This document shows, piece by piece, positions 15,600 through 28,377 of a stretch of 64,000 nt of DNA (position 1 is the stretch's first letter; every line of letters begins with the position of its first letter). Origin of the DNA: the human T2T-CHM13v2.0 reference genome, Homo sapiens. The notes beneath the pieces are model-generated. The model was not told the origin of the DNA. It saw nothing but the letters and a program-made list of their open reading frames with translations, and made no database searches. The stretch is from assembly GCF_009914755.1 (NCBI RefSeq), contig NC_060931.1. One strand, 5' to 3'. The position numbers and the translations under genes were made by a program.

Positions 15600-16600
15600 T
15601 ACATGAAAAATGAAACACTTAGTTCCTCTCACATCTCTTTAGGCATCTGTTACATCTTGAGTGAGTCTCCTTTGTGATTTTCCTGCCTCTTTGTCTCTTT
15701 ATTCCAAAAAACTCAACACATACTTGTCAGATTAATCTCAAAGGCCCCATGAAGTAATGGAGAGATTTAAAGCCAGCTAGATTTAGATTTGAATCTTGGC
15801 TCCAGAATGCTTGGCTGAATGTCCCTGGGCATATTTTTAACCTCTCTATGGTTCAGTTTTCTAATATTTAAAATTAGAATAATGATAGGGATCTGGCAAT
15901 ACTGTGTCTAGCAAAGTGTCTGGTGCCCAATAAATCCTTGTTCCTTTATTTCATCCTAAATGTGACTTTAAACAAATCATCACCCTTCAACTGTTTCCTG
16001 TTGCTTTTGGATTGAAGCACAAACTCCTCCTCTTGGCACCATAGGTGTGTCAAAATATGATCCAAATCTATCTTCCAACAGTTATTTTCTGTATCTTCCA
16101 TATTTACTATTCAATATCCATTCATCCAATTCTGAAGGCATCCCATCATCCCATGATTTTAGAGCTCTTCTTTTGCTGATGATTTTTTTTTCCTCAGGAA
16201 TCCCGCCAATGTTGAGTGAAGTTCAACATAATGTATGGCATGGTTTATCTGTCAACTTATCCACAAAATCTCTCAGGACCTCCTCAAACACAGTAGGTTG
16301 TAACTCATCCTCCATGGGACACCCCATAATAACTCTCTCAGAATCTACATCTCATTTGTGCATTGGGCACTAGTAACACTATTAATTAGAGCTTGAATGC
16401 ATGAGCATTTTAGAGTTTGCAAAGTGTTCTATTATCTCATTTAAAATTCACAATAATGTTAACAAATATTCACTCCACTTAACACATGAAGAAATCAAAG
16501 TTAAGGAAATTATTACCTACTTAGGATCACACAGCTAAAAAGTTTCACATAATGATTCAAGCTATTGTATATGACCCAAACCCATTCTCATCACTTTGGA
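15600..16600. mobile_element. Interleaved L2 and MIR fragments
   Basis: MIR cores at about 15780-15920 (tttgaatcttggctcc...ttcagttttctaatatttaaaattagaataat) and about 16400-16590 (gaagaaatcaaagttaagg...ggatcacacagcta), with L2-like sequence between them. Confidence 0.6.
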
Positions 16601-17201
16601 AAAAGAACAAATACAAGTTTATAATTTGGCTTAGGAACCTCATTATTACAACAGCTAAAATCACACAGCCAAAAGAATGTACAGTAGTGATTCAAACTCC
16701 TATACAGTAAATATATTTTAAAGATCAAGGCCAATAATTTTGCCACCTAAATAGTAGTCATAGCTGCTGTGAGAAGACTATCATATATTCTACTGTTAAA
16801 GCTAAGACCCAACTTACAAAATGCATTTGTCATTTTTGTAAATAATGTGTTTTTAGTGGACTGACTGTAAGTTCATTATCTGGTGTTTTTGTTTTTAACC
16901 AAAATAGTGCCATGTTTCCCACGTTCAGTAGAGATATTGGTTTTCCAGGCTAATATGATAGTTTTTACAAAGTGAGAGAGGCTCAATGGGACCATGGAAA
17001 AGTCATCTTTCGGGTCTCTCAATTCAGTGCTTTCAAAAGTTTCCTTTAAAATCTAAGCCTCCCCACATAGCTTTTTCCTCTTATCACAAAAGATATTCGT
17101 GGTATAGAAGACTTTTCCTGTGCTCAGCAAAAAAGCATTTTTTCAGGAACTATATTAACCCTGTAGTAGAGAGGGCTCTGCAACTTCAACTGTTTAAAGA
17201 G

Positions 17202-17281
17202 AAGATTTTTCTAATTTAAATACTTAGCTAGCATTAATGTGCAGACGCATTAATGCTAAGTATTTAAATTAGAAAAATCTT
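17202..17281. repeat. Long near-perfect inverted repeat (34-bp arms)
   Basis: aagatttttctaatttaaatacttag[ctag]cattaatg-tgcagacg-cattaatgctaagtatttaaattagaaaaatctt. Confidence 0.95.
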
Positions 17282-17469
17282 TATCAATTATGTCAATGTT
17301 AAAGTTATAATTAATTTATATAATTTAATTGTATAATTGTATAGTTAAATTGTATTAATTGTTGTGCAGACAACATAGTAGCATTCAGTCCAATGTTACA
17401 TTTCATAAAGTTTCCCTTAGCTACATAGTACTTAAAAGTAGTGAAATAGTGCTTTATCTTCATTTAACC

Positions 17470-17660
17470 CAGTAATACTCAAACCTGGATCCATATCAGG
17501 ATCATCCGGGGATCTTTTAATATACACTGATGTTTGCACTCAAAACACAGTGAGGCAGATTTAATTAGCCTACATCTCCATGACTGGCTAGTCATGAGGA
17601 CCTTTAAAAAAGCCTCTCAGTTGAGTCTTATATGCAGCTGAGATGGAATTAATCACTGCT
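17470..17660. mobile_element. MER5B-like hAT DNA transposon
   Basis: cagtaatactcaaacctgg...atcaggatcatccggggatctttt...tttaaaaaagcctctcagttgagtcttatatgcagc...aatcactg. Confidence 0.7.
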
Positions 17661-18867
17661 CTGATCCTTAAATACATGCATAAAGAAAGTGAGAGTTAAT
17701 CAGCAATTTTTATCCTGCTAAATTTTCCTATGTATGAATATATATTTTGTCTGATTGCTACACGGGGAACTTCTTTTAGGGAAGAAAAAAAAAACCTCAT
17801 GAGAACATTTTATTTAAAGATTTATTTACTCTCACCTTAGGTCACAATAGCAAAAATAGCATTTTGGAATCCAGCAGAGAGATCCAGAAAATAATATTGT
17901 CATTAAATGAAATTCCCCAGATGATATAAAAGAAGTTCTACTTAGAGCCAGCAGCAGAAAATAAATACCTACAGGACTATAGAATAAGAGATTTAGAGAA
18001 CTAGTCAATAAGAAACAGAAGTTTTTATCTACTTGTGTGAGAATTTTCATAAAAGTACAAAGAGATTGAAAAAGAAATATGGAACTATTGTTAAAAATAA
18101 TAACAGCCATATTGTAGCAGTTTATATGCTATTTGAAATCTATACACTTGGATTTTTTAAAATCCTAAAAATAATATTCTAATGATACTGCTACAGTGGG
18201 AAAAGCTGTACAAAAACCAAACCCTCTATTCAGGTCTTTGTTCCAGGCTCACCACAGGATTCTGGGAAAATCCTTTAAGCTGCTCTGAGTGCAAGTCACT
18301 CTCTACTTGTTCCTGCTAAGCATTTGGGATCATCGTTAGCTTAAAAAGATAATGGGCATAATATCTTTGAGCAACCTGTTACACATATAGCAATAAGTAT
18401 TTCTACTTAGCAAAAATAAAAACTAGTTAATTCCAAAATGACTACAGATTTGAGAACATGAAGAAAATTTCCTTTCTCCTTTTCATATTTATTATCGTTG
18501 TTAATCCTCTTAAACATCAGTTTTTATTAACTCTTTCTTGTATTTGCTGGTAATTTTTACTCCTTCATCTATCTACATCTAATGTTTTGATGTATGAATC
18601 TAATCCAATGCCTTGCACAAAATATTTGTAAGAGTCATTTGTTTTGATAGACAAATATCTGCTAATTTAGCCAGCAACCCTATCCAGACACTAGGAACCT
18701 ATGAAATAATTTCCACCTTTATACGTATTTTATTGTGTAGAAAATACATTAAGAAAAAGAGTATACTTGCCTTCGAGCCACTCATCTATACTATAACTAA
18801 AAACTTCTATTGAAAACATAATTGCTAATTAAGAGATACTATTAGGGACAGAATTGACTGGTGTGGA

Positions 18868-19035
18868 CCAATAGTGTGCTGGTAAATGTTTAACAACTCT
18901 TTGGGATGTGAAGGGTGCCTACTGTAGTGTTTGCCAATTGCTGTCTTGTAAATATTTCCACCATGACAATTTCAAGCCTCCCACATGACATCATTAATGT
19001 GGAGTTGGGAAAGAATGCTAACATTCAGCTCTGAT
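18868..19035 (-). mobile_element. MER63 (hAT-Blackjack) fragment
   Basis: agtgtgctggtaaatgtttaacaac...gtttgccaatt...atttcaagc...tggagttgggaaaga. Confidence 0.75.
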
Positions 19036-19159
19036 AAGCAATAATTAATGAATCAATCTATATGTGATTATTTGTACTTTAGAAACAATAAATAGGTCTT
19101 TAAAGACAAATCTGGAGATAAAGAACGGAAATAAAAAGCCTGCAGCTATGACTTCTTAA

Positions 19160-20340
19160 TCATTCTTTCAAATATTCTCAAGCCACCTATTGAGTTTAGA
19201 ACAAGTACTGTTCCAACTATTGGAATATATCATTGAACAAAACAGAAAATATGCCTAATCCTATAGTTTGTATTCTAGTGCAAGAAGATAGATTACAAAC
19301 ATAATACATTATTAAGACAATCTTATATCAATGCAGTATAGAGATGTGATGGCATGGAGGTGTTAGTGGTGGAGTAGGAAAGATGAATTATTTTGAAAGT
19401 AGAGCCAAAAGAATTTCCTTATTGATTGGATATGGGTTGTGACAGTAATGTGTCAAGAGTCCCAGAGTTGTAGATTTGAGCAATTGGAGGGATAAACTTG
19501 CCAATAAGTAAAATGAGGAACACTGCAGATGAAGCATGTTTGGAATGAGGAGTCTTCAATTTTAGTTTTAGGCATTTTATATTTCATAAATATATTAGAT
19601 ATCCAAGTGTAGCCATTAGGAAAGCAATTATTTATGAGTGTGGAACCCAATAGAGAAGCCTGGGCTGAAGAACGAAATTTGAGTATAATTTCTATATAAA
19701 CAGTATTTAACTGGATGACATCACATGTATAGTGATTGTAGATAGATAAGATAGCAAGGACTGAGTTTTGAGTCTCAGTTCACTCTGCAGTTCAAGTACC
19801 AGGAAAAGAGATGCAATCTGCTAGGAAACTAAGAATGAATGCCTAGTGAAATAGCAAGAATACCAGGAAAAATAATGTATCCCAAAAGCAAAGTGTCATG
19901 TAATATCAAGTTAAATGAGGAGCAGATTTAGCAAGACTTTTAAGTTTAGCCAGAAGTAAATCATTTGTGTCCCTTTCAAGGGCTGTTTCAATTCAGTAGC
20001 TGGGAAAAAAAAAATAAACCCAGAGTGAGTTTAAGAGAAAATATGATGAGAGGAATGGGAGGCAGCAAATATAGGCAACTCATTCAAAAACATTTTTTTG
20101 CCATAGAAGGAAAGAATTTGGGCAGTAGCTGGACTGCAAGAAGTGAAGGCAAGATAAATTTTTTTAAAAAAAGAGAAAAAAAACAGCATTCTAATAGAAA
20201 TTATTCAGTCGAGAGAGAAAAAAATAAAAAATTAAAAAAAAAATTTTTAAACACCCACTAGAATGTTGTCCTTTAGTGGGTAAGAGAGAATGCAATCTTC
20301 TTCATAGCAGAAGGTCTGGCTTAGAGTGGAGGCATGGACA
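19160..20340 (-). mobile_element. LINE-2 fragments
   Basis: attttgaaagtagagccaaaagaattt...gattggatatggg...gagcaattggagggata...agatatccaagtg. Confidence 0.8.
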
Positions 20341-22094
20341 GTTTACCTAAGTAGGAAGGCAGATTGACAAGTGCTGCTTAATTACCATTCACTATTTGTC
20401 ATGACATCATTACTATTGGTAAGTGGATATAATAATAATGTTTTCTTTGTCCTTAGGCTGGGATTAGTAGCTGGTGCATAGTATATATTCATTGACAGTG
20501 AGCCCTTATCATCATCATCTGTGCCATCAGGCTTAAGCTAAGCTCCGGGGATTTCATTTTTCTATAACCTTAATTTCAGATTATTCACAATTTTCTTAAT
20601 TTTCTTTTACATTTTCACTAGATGCTTTTAACTTCCTCTCTTTAACCAACAACTTGAATACAATATAAGATGTCTTAAAGTTATATGTAAAATAGAAATT
20701 GTATATTTTTTTGTGTTGTAAAATTCACTTTTGTGGGCAATAGAATTAAATGCAGACATTTTATGTGTGTAAATCAAAATGTTTAAGGAAATGCAAGTAT
20801 GAGTTACATTTTTGAATGTGTACATTAAAAATATTTAAACCCACGCTAGTTCAGAAGATGACAACTTCATTTTATTTTTTTTAAGTTCTTATGTGGGTTG
20901 CAAAACACTTACTGGCAAACCAAACATTCTGGCAACAATTCTGTATTCTCTAGTCACAACACTAATAACATCCTGTTTTAAGACAATACAAAATCATTAA
21001 AGTTGACAATTAGTTTCTGAACATAAAAAGATTCAGCTCTCTGTACACTTACCAACAAACACAATATTAGGCAATGTGGAGAAACCAAAGTCTATTTATC
21101 CTGTGAGCATATACATTTTAAGGAATATTATTTGCTCACATACATATTTTAAAGAACATAAAACTCCAAAATATTGTTCCCAAATCTTACATTGAGAACA
21201 AAACTCAGGAATGTGTCATATTTACCTTGTGACTTTATGCATCCACTCATCTTTATGGTATGTCCGGAGGCATGAAGCTTTAATGTGAGAAGGAGGCTAT
21301 AACTAACTGGACACATAATTAAATGTAGTTGAAGAATTTGCTTCCAGATCTTGGCTCTTAGATGATCTATAGGATATTCTTCTCACAAAGTAGACCTTCA
21401 TTTTCTCTTTCTAATACTTCAAAGAAACAATACTTAAGGACTCTTCCAGGTACAGCATTCTCTGATTCTATGATAGTGCATATCTCCACATACTTACTAG
21501 AACTTGCAGCCCCACATCTCCTAAACATTCCCTTCCCAATTCAGAAAGAGATAATTTTCTAGCACATCAAATTCCCCAATGGTATCAGTACCTCCAGTGA
21601 TATTTGCACTGGTGTTATAATTCAGGAATATCTTCAGAATTACAGTTATTACTCTAAAAATAATCATTTGATCAAGCTCTCTAAAAGTTTATGTTGACTG
21701 TATTAAGCTGTGAACATTGCCTACAATGTGACAATCAATCTTTACATTTTTTAAAAAATTTAGGGGAGGAGAACTGACTGGAATCAAAACACTGCAAGTA
21801 TGCATATTGTTTCTTAGTTCTGAAAATCCCTGTGAAATAGTATTTAGAAGGGAAATCTATAATCTTGATTTGTACAAAATGGCACCTTTCACAATCTATG
21901 TTCTTACATTGGAACATTTGTTATAACAAACTTTGTCATAATTTGCTATCAAATTAAAAAATACCTGTTCAAATACTAGCTAAATGTGTAGGGTATTTTA
22001 AACGAGATGATTTATGATGTATCTTAGCCGTATTTCAGACATTCATCTGGTAAAAACAAAGCTACCCCTACACTGTGTAAACATTTTTAAAGAT

Positions 22095-22156
<62 letters not shown>

Positions 22157-22244
22157 AAGAAAGAAAGAAAGAGGGAGGGAGGGAAGGGAAGGAAAGAGAA
22201 AGGAAAGAAAGAAAGGAAGAAAGGAAAGAAAGAGAAAGAGAGAG

Positions 22245-22279
<35 letters not shown>

Positions 22280-22285
22280 AAAAGA
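22095..22285. repeat. 191-nt pure-purine (GAAA)n/(GA)n/(GGGA)n compound repeat
   Basis: No pyrimidine between 22095 and 22285. Confidence 0.97.
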
Positions 22286-22584
22286 TTTTGTAAAGGAGTT
22301 TAGTTACAAAGCCAGTTTGATATGGTTTTAGAGATTTATAGTCCATGCAACATTGCACTATCTGAAAATCAAAGAAGAGCAGTTGCAATGTGTAAGGCTA
22401 AAGCAGTCTTCAAAGTGAATTGTAGAATTCCTTTGACCGATGTGCTTATATTACAAAGAACATTCTCAGTCATGTTGATATTGGGATTTTTTTTTAACAA
22501 GCACCATCTCATAAATTTATTTAGTAATGAAAAAAAAAACTGCCAAGAACATCAAACATAAAATCTGCCAAAGGAAAGCGAACA

Positions 22585-23060
22585 CTATTTATTTGTTTCC
22601 TAGGGCTGCTATAAAAAGTTACCACAAACCTGGTGATTTAAAACTGCAGAAATTTACTTTTTCATAATTCTGGAGGCCAGAGGTCTGAAATCAAGGTGTC
22701 AGCAGGGTTGTTTTTTTCTGAAGGCTCTCATAGGAATTAGTTTCACACCTCTCCTCTAGTTTCTGGTGGCTGCTGGAAATCCCTGGCAACCTTTGGCTTG
22801 CAAACTCATCCCTCCAATCTCTGCCCTGTCGTCACATGATCTTCTCCCTTTCTGTCTTTCACATTAGGCTTAGAGCCTATCAGAAATCCAGGATAATCTC
22901 ATCGTGATATATTTAATTTGATTATACTTACAAATCACATCAAATGTAATTACAAAATAATTTACATTACTTTTCCCAAATATAAAGCCACCTTAACAGT
23001 ATCCAGGGCTTAGGATTTGGACATATCTATTTTAAAGTGGAAACTAATTGAACTCAGTAG
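22585..23060 (-). mobile_element. MaLR LTR (MLT1C-like)
   Basis: tttcctagggctgctataaaaagttaccacaaacctggtgatttaaaac...ttctggaggccagaggtctgaaatcaaggtgtcagcaggg. Confidence 0.85.
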
Positions 23061-23154
23061 GCAAAACTTTAAAGGTGATGTTCAAACAAACCTTCTCTGA
23101 TGCATAGCCCTAAAATCCTAATGGAATTTTGTAAAATTGTTATGTGGTATGTTC

Positions 23155-23515
23155 ATTTAGGGCCTCTGAGAAGCCTTAAGTTGCAAGAAGCTGGTAGGAA
23201 CACCTGTGAAGGATAAAGAGGAGCAGGAGTAGGCAAGGAGCGCCTTCAGACTATGACACTGGTCTAACAGCAGCGAGAGGGGACAAGAAGGTCAAGAATC
23301 GGGTTGCAAGGCTTCATACTGTGGTATAGCTCTGAGAATGTCTCCACTAGGCCAGGAAGGAGTTCTCCAGCAACATCATCCATTGTTGGGATTCTCTGTT
23401 ATAAAGAAATGTCCTGGATTCACCATCACAACTGCATTTGGTCATTGCCTGGGAGCAGTCCAGGGAGAGCATGCCTCCATGTCAGAACTGTAGCAAATCT
23501 AAAGTGTCATGCCTA
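23155..23515 (-). mobile_element. Old MaLR (MLT1-type) LTR fragment
   Basis: cacctgtgaaggataaagaggagcaggagtaggcaagg...ccttcagactatgacactggtctaaca; family uncertain. Confidence 0.5.
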
Positions 23516-23762
23516 AATGAAGAATAGATAGTCAAAGCTCATGAGAGAAGTTTTCTGTAACCATTCATCAAAATTCCAAGAAAAATTGAAGAAGGAAAAT
23601 TTTGCAAATATAGTTCCTTTGATATCTCTAGGGAATTCTAGAACATCCCAGGACATCATTCTAGGATTGGTGATTGTGAGACAATATCCAAGAGATCTTT
23701 ATGCCTCCTAGCACCACTGTTATGATTAGAGCCAAGAGGTATTGGCAACCTTGAAGGCATAT

Positions 23763-24429
23763 TGTGGCAGGCCAGTTTTCACTAACAGCTGAACAGACAG
23801 GCCTCCATGACAACTGTTTTAGCACTGACTGAGTTGTTAATTTAAATATTAAAAGCGGATAGAGCCAGTGCTCTTATACAAAGGGTGGAATGTAACAAAA
23901 GCCCACCAAGAGTTTTGCCTAGACCATTCCTGGGCCTTGAAGCGTAAGAAGATAATGAAGGAATTCTTCACAGGATATGTTTAGAATTAAATAAGTTTTA
24001 TTGGGGGTATCTGAAGGAACTCCTCACACCTCCACTAACAAGTTTTATTGGGGTCTAAATGAACTCCCCAAATCTCTTTGATTTAGCATGAGCAAAATAA
24101 GGGTAGCCACCCCTGGCACCTGGACCCATCTGGTTAAAGTAAATTTACTGAGGCTCCAGAGGAAGGTCTTCAGGACTCTCAGACCTTAGTTATAGATTAG
24201 AGGTTAATCACATATGTCTTTAGGTAAATACAAACTTACATGTAGACATATAGCTAAGAAGGTATACAAGCTCTGGGAAACTGTAATTTTCAGTTGGTCT
24301 GGTGATATTTTCCCAGCATTCTCCCTGTACCCGGTAACAGAAATAAACTCTCTTCTTTCCCAGTTTGTCTGCATCTCGTTATTGGGCGGCAAGAATAAGC
24401 AGCCTGACCCTCACTTTAGTCTGGGAACA
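23763..24429 (+). mobile_element. Complete ERV1-class solo LTR (667 bp)
   Basis: TG...CA termini (tgtggcaggcc...ctgggaaca); perfect 4-bp TSD ATAT (23759-62 / 24430-33); AATAAA at 24342. Confidence 0.9.
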
Positions 24430-24529
24430 ATATTACCCAATGTTGGTGATGTAGTATCTAAAGGGGGTGCTTATATAGATGACTTTGCTTTGATGAAGGA
24501 TTAATTAAATGGTCTTGATAGCAATGAGG

Positions 24530-25286
24530 ACAAAGCTCTGATTTTTTTTCTTGCCCAAATTCTTTTCTATGGGGTCTAGGGAATTGGGCCTTACAAATCA
24601 TAAATTCTCATCATCAGATGGGTTTTATTTAACCCTGTATATTGTGACTTACTTTCCAGTCTGATTCTGGCATAACTAGGGAAAAAATCAAAATATATTT
24701 TCCCCAAAATATATTTCCCTGCCATACCTTGAAATTGCCCTGCAAAGTCTCTTTTGGGAAAAATCCACATTCAATAGAGAATCCCCTTCCCCCTTTGTTT
24801 TCCTTCCTTTCTTTCCAGATCCAGGAGATAATCAACTAAGCGCCAGGCACCCTTTTAGGTCTGATAAGAAACATTTTACAACCTGCTGTCTCCCTGAAGT
24901 CTGATATCTGAGAGATTTCTCTGCACAGTAATACTTGATCTCCACAATTCTTTATCTTAACCTGAACACTCCTTTCCATTGATCCCAGGTCTCCAGATAA
25001 ACTCAACCAATTGTCAACCAGAAAATGTTTAAATTTACCTAGAGCCTAGAAGCCCCCGGCTTTGAGCTGTCCCGCCTTTCTGAACCAAACCAATGTATTT
25101 CTTAAATGTATTTGATTGATGTCTCATGCCTCCCTAAAAATATATAAAACCAAGCTGTACCCCAACCACCTTAGGCATATGTTCTCAGAACCTCCTGAGG
25201 GCTGTGTCAAGGGCCATGGTCATTCATATTTAGCTTAGAATAAATCTCTTAAAACATTTTACAGAGTTTGACTCTTTTCATTGACA
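24530..25286 (+). mobile_element. MER4-family ERV1 LTR (5'-truncated)
   Basis: ccataccttgaaattgccctgcaaagtctc...tataaaaccaagctgtaccccaaccacctt...agaataaatctctt...acagagtttgactcttttcattgaca. Confidence 0.85.
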
Positions 25287-28200
25287 GCAAGTAGGTACTC
25301 AAATTGGTCAACTGGGCTATGAAAAGAATCTCATGCCTAACAATAAATAAAGTATGAAAAAAGAACTGGTTCTACAGTTTGTCGCTAAACTTCCAAAATT
25401 TTTTTGAAGAGAACTACACAAAACAGATATGTTAATCTGGTGTGGAGGACTGTCTTACCACATTGGATAGTAAAAATGTTGAAGAATTTTTATGAAATAC
25501 ACTTACAGAAAAGAATTACTAAACTTAATTCTTATGAATTAGAAGAGAAAGCATGCATATTTGATGAAAATCTTTAAAGTTTAGATCACATAGATAAAAT
25601 AATGTAGCTATTGGATATGATTATGACATGAATGCATCACACACTCTTCCTATCATCTGTTACACTGACACCAAGAAAGTGAATGGAAAGAGATATCCAA
25701 TGTGAATTTTAATCCTCCCATTGTTGCTGTCTATGGCATCAGCTGATAGTTGAGGATGGACAGCCATCCATTTCCAGAGTCAAAACCACCAGGAGGAAAT
25801 CATCCATTGTTTTCTTGTACTTGGACATAGCCAGACCTCAGGCATTTACTTTCTGCCTTTCTCACCCCTCACCAGTTCCCTCCTGCTCATCCTTCCCCTT
25901 CAGCAAGCAGCAGCACTGACTACATCTTCCAGCTTTCTCTTTTCACCGCTGTACCTCAATTGGGTTATCTTCAATGCTTTAATCTTCAAAAGAAACAAAA
26001 CATGCCTTGTCTCCTATGTTGCTTTGTTAAGAGTTAATTCTATTCCTTGTGTTTTTAACATATTATTTATTCTTCAAGCTTCTGCTTAGAAGAAAAATGT
26101 AATTTGTATCTAATACTTTACAAGACAGCATCATTGTATATAGAATGGATATGTACTAATAAGCACATAAAGTGCTAAATAATTAGGTGTTAAATGATTA
26201 AATAATTGATACTTTAGTGCTTTATATTACGAAAAAGTCTTTGTTGAGTTTTATATACATGTTTCAGTATTTATTATTACTTGGGAAAATTTGGTTGGGT
26301 GTTTTCATAGGTTGAGAATGCATTCTTATTTTCCCTACTAAAAATAACAGCATACAGGCCCCTACTATTAAAAAAATCAATGTTTAACATGTTTACAATA
26401 ATGTGTTCGATTCAGATAATGAAGGATATATGCATTACACTTATTATGTAGAACTAGAAGGTACAGAGTCAGTGAATTTAAAGTAAATGAAGAATGACAG
26501 AGAAGGTAATGAAGAGACCACAAGAGTGAGAAAAGCAAAAAATAGCATTGGAAGTTAACCAAGCAGATGGGACAGTCCAACTAAACTGGAACAGTGTAGT
26601 CCCCTTTGTTAGCTGCTCTAAATAAGGGGTTCTATCTTCACATATATAGTAATATAATCAACAATGAGGGGCACAAAAACACATGATCAAAACCCTCTAC
26701 CTTAGAAAAAGTTCCAGAAAGAAGAATGGGATGGCTTTTGCTGTGGGCAAAAGCTGAGATCACCAGGACATGTAGATGGGTCATAAATAAAAATATATAT
26801 ATACTTGGCCTACATTTTGTGGGAAATTCTTTTACATTACATCCTGTGTTGTTAGTGCTAAACAGTTACATTTCCATGAACCCACATTGCCTTTTAAGTG
26901 TTTTGTAGTCTCTCGGCAAAGGGGGAAAAAGGCTCCTACACAATAAGCTCATTTTCCTGAGGGTGTGGCTTTTGCAAATGGACTTAAATTACTAGAATTT
27001 GTGACAGCCAGCTGCCTTGGTTTTTGTTTGATTGTTTGTTTGTTTTTGCCCTGACACTCCATTAGTGTTATTTATTCTCACTCATAGGCTTGGGAGGAGT
27101 GCAAGGACAAGTTAAAAATCTGTCTGAATGACTGGGCAGAAAAGATTTTCAAGCCATAGAGAAATGTCTTAGGCATTGTTGTTTCTCTAATGGGAAGAGC
27201 CTGAGAAAACACTTGGAAAGTATCTCCTCCAAAGTTACAGTCGATTTGGAGAAAAGCTATCTAAATAAAGAATATTTCAAGAAATTACATAAACTTTGAT
27301 TGTTACCTTGCAAGAACTTTGCCTAAGGCACATTGTCCAAGCACTACAGAAGTATAAAGAAGATTCTAACTTGATTGGATATTTGTTCCACTTGAAATCT
27401 GAAGTTACAGAAAAGCCAAATAGAGGCTGTATGAAATGGAAAATGTCAAAAATCTTAGGTCTCCTCTTATTCACATATTATTATCACTATTACTTTGCTA
27501 TAGCATACTGATGATTTTACTTGAATGTTGCTATGAATGAGGGTATCTCATTGATGACTTAAACCACTGGTGCTTTGAAAATGTTATTTAAAACTTGGAT
27601 CATAATTGAATATCAATTATTCTTTTCTCAACCTTAGAATATATATAGTCATATGCAACAGTCTTCTCCAAATTATTCGATTTTCTCAGGAAATCCAAGT
27701 TAATAAAGACAGATGGTGAATTAAGTGAAATTGGCAGCAAATTTATCTCAATTTTTGAGATTTTTAAAAAACAATGTGTTATTGTTTTAGAATTCTCTAA
27801 TTTCTTTCCTCCCTGTCTTAAATCTTCTTTCCATCACAGATTTCTTTGCATGCCTTGGCTGTATTGTCCAGATTGACATCATATTAAGTGGCATGTGTTT
27901 CTTTGCTATTAAGCTGAAGTGGCTTTTATGTTTACAGGCAAGATCATTGCATTTTTTATGATTGTGTAATTAAAAATGCCCATTTCATAAAAACTAAAAG
28001 CACTTAAATATAAGAATATATAACCTTCCATGATTTTTCTACCTGGAAATGACTACTATTATCACTGCAGTGATATCCTTCTAGAATATTTTGAATTCGT
28101 GAGCATAAATACATATTTAGAAAATTGGGATCCAAAATTACGAAAATGGAATTAGGGATTACATGGCATTTTGAAGCTACTTTTTAATTTAATATATTTA

Positions 28201-28377
28201 AATTTATTTTCATGTTAATATATATATATTCATACTATCAACAGTATTGCTTGAATGGTAATTCTTTTATAGCTGTACCACAATTTCATTTTTCAAGCAG
28301 CCTCTTATTTTGAGCATTTAAATAACTGTTAAATTTGTATTCATGTTAACAGTAAAATAAATGTGATATACATACGT

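Noticed and set aside
22014-22388. K/E/R-rich and F/L/S-rich ORFs
   Set aside because: Translations of the (GAAA)n tract.
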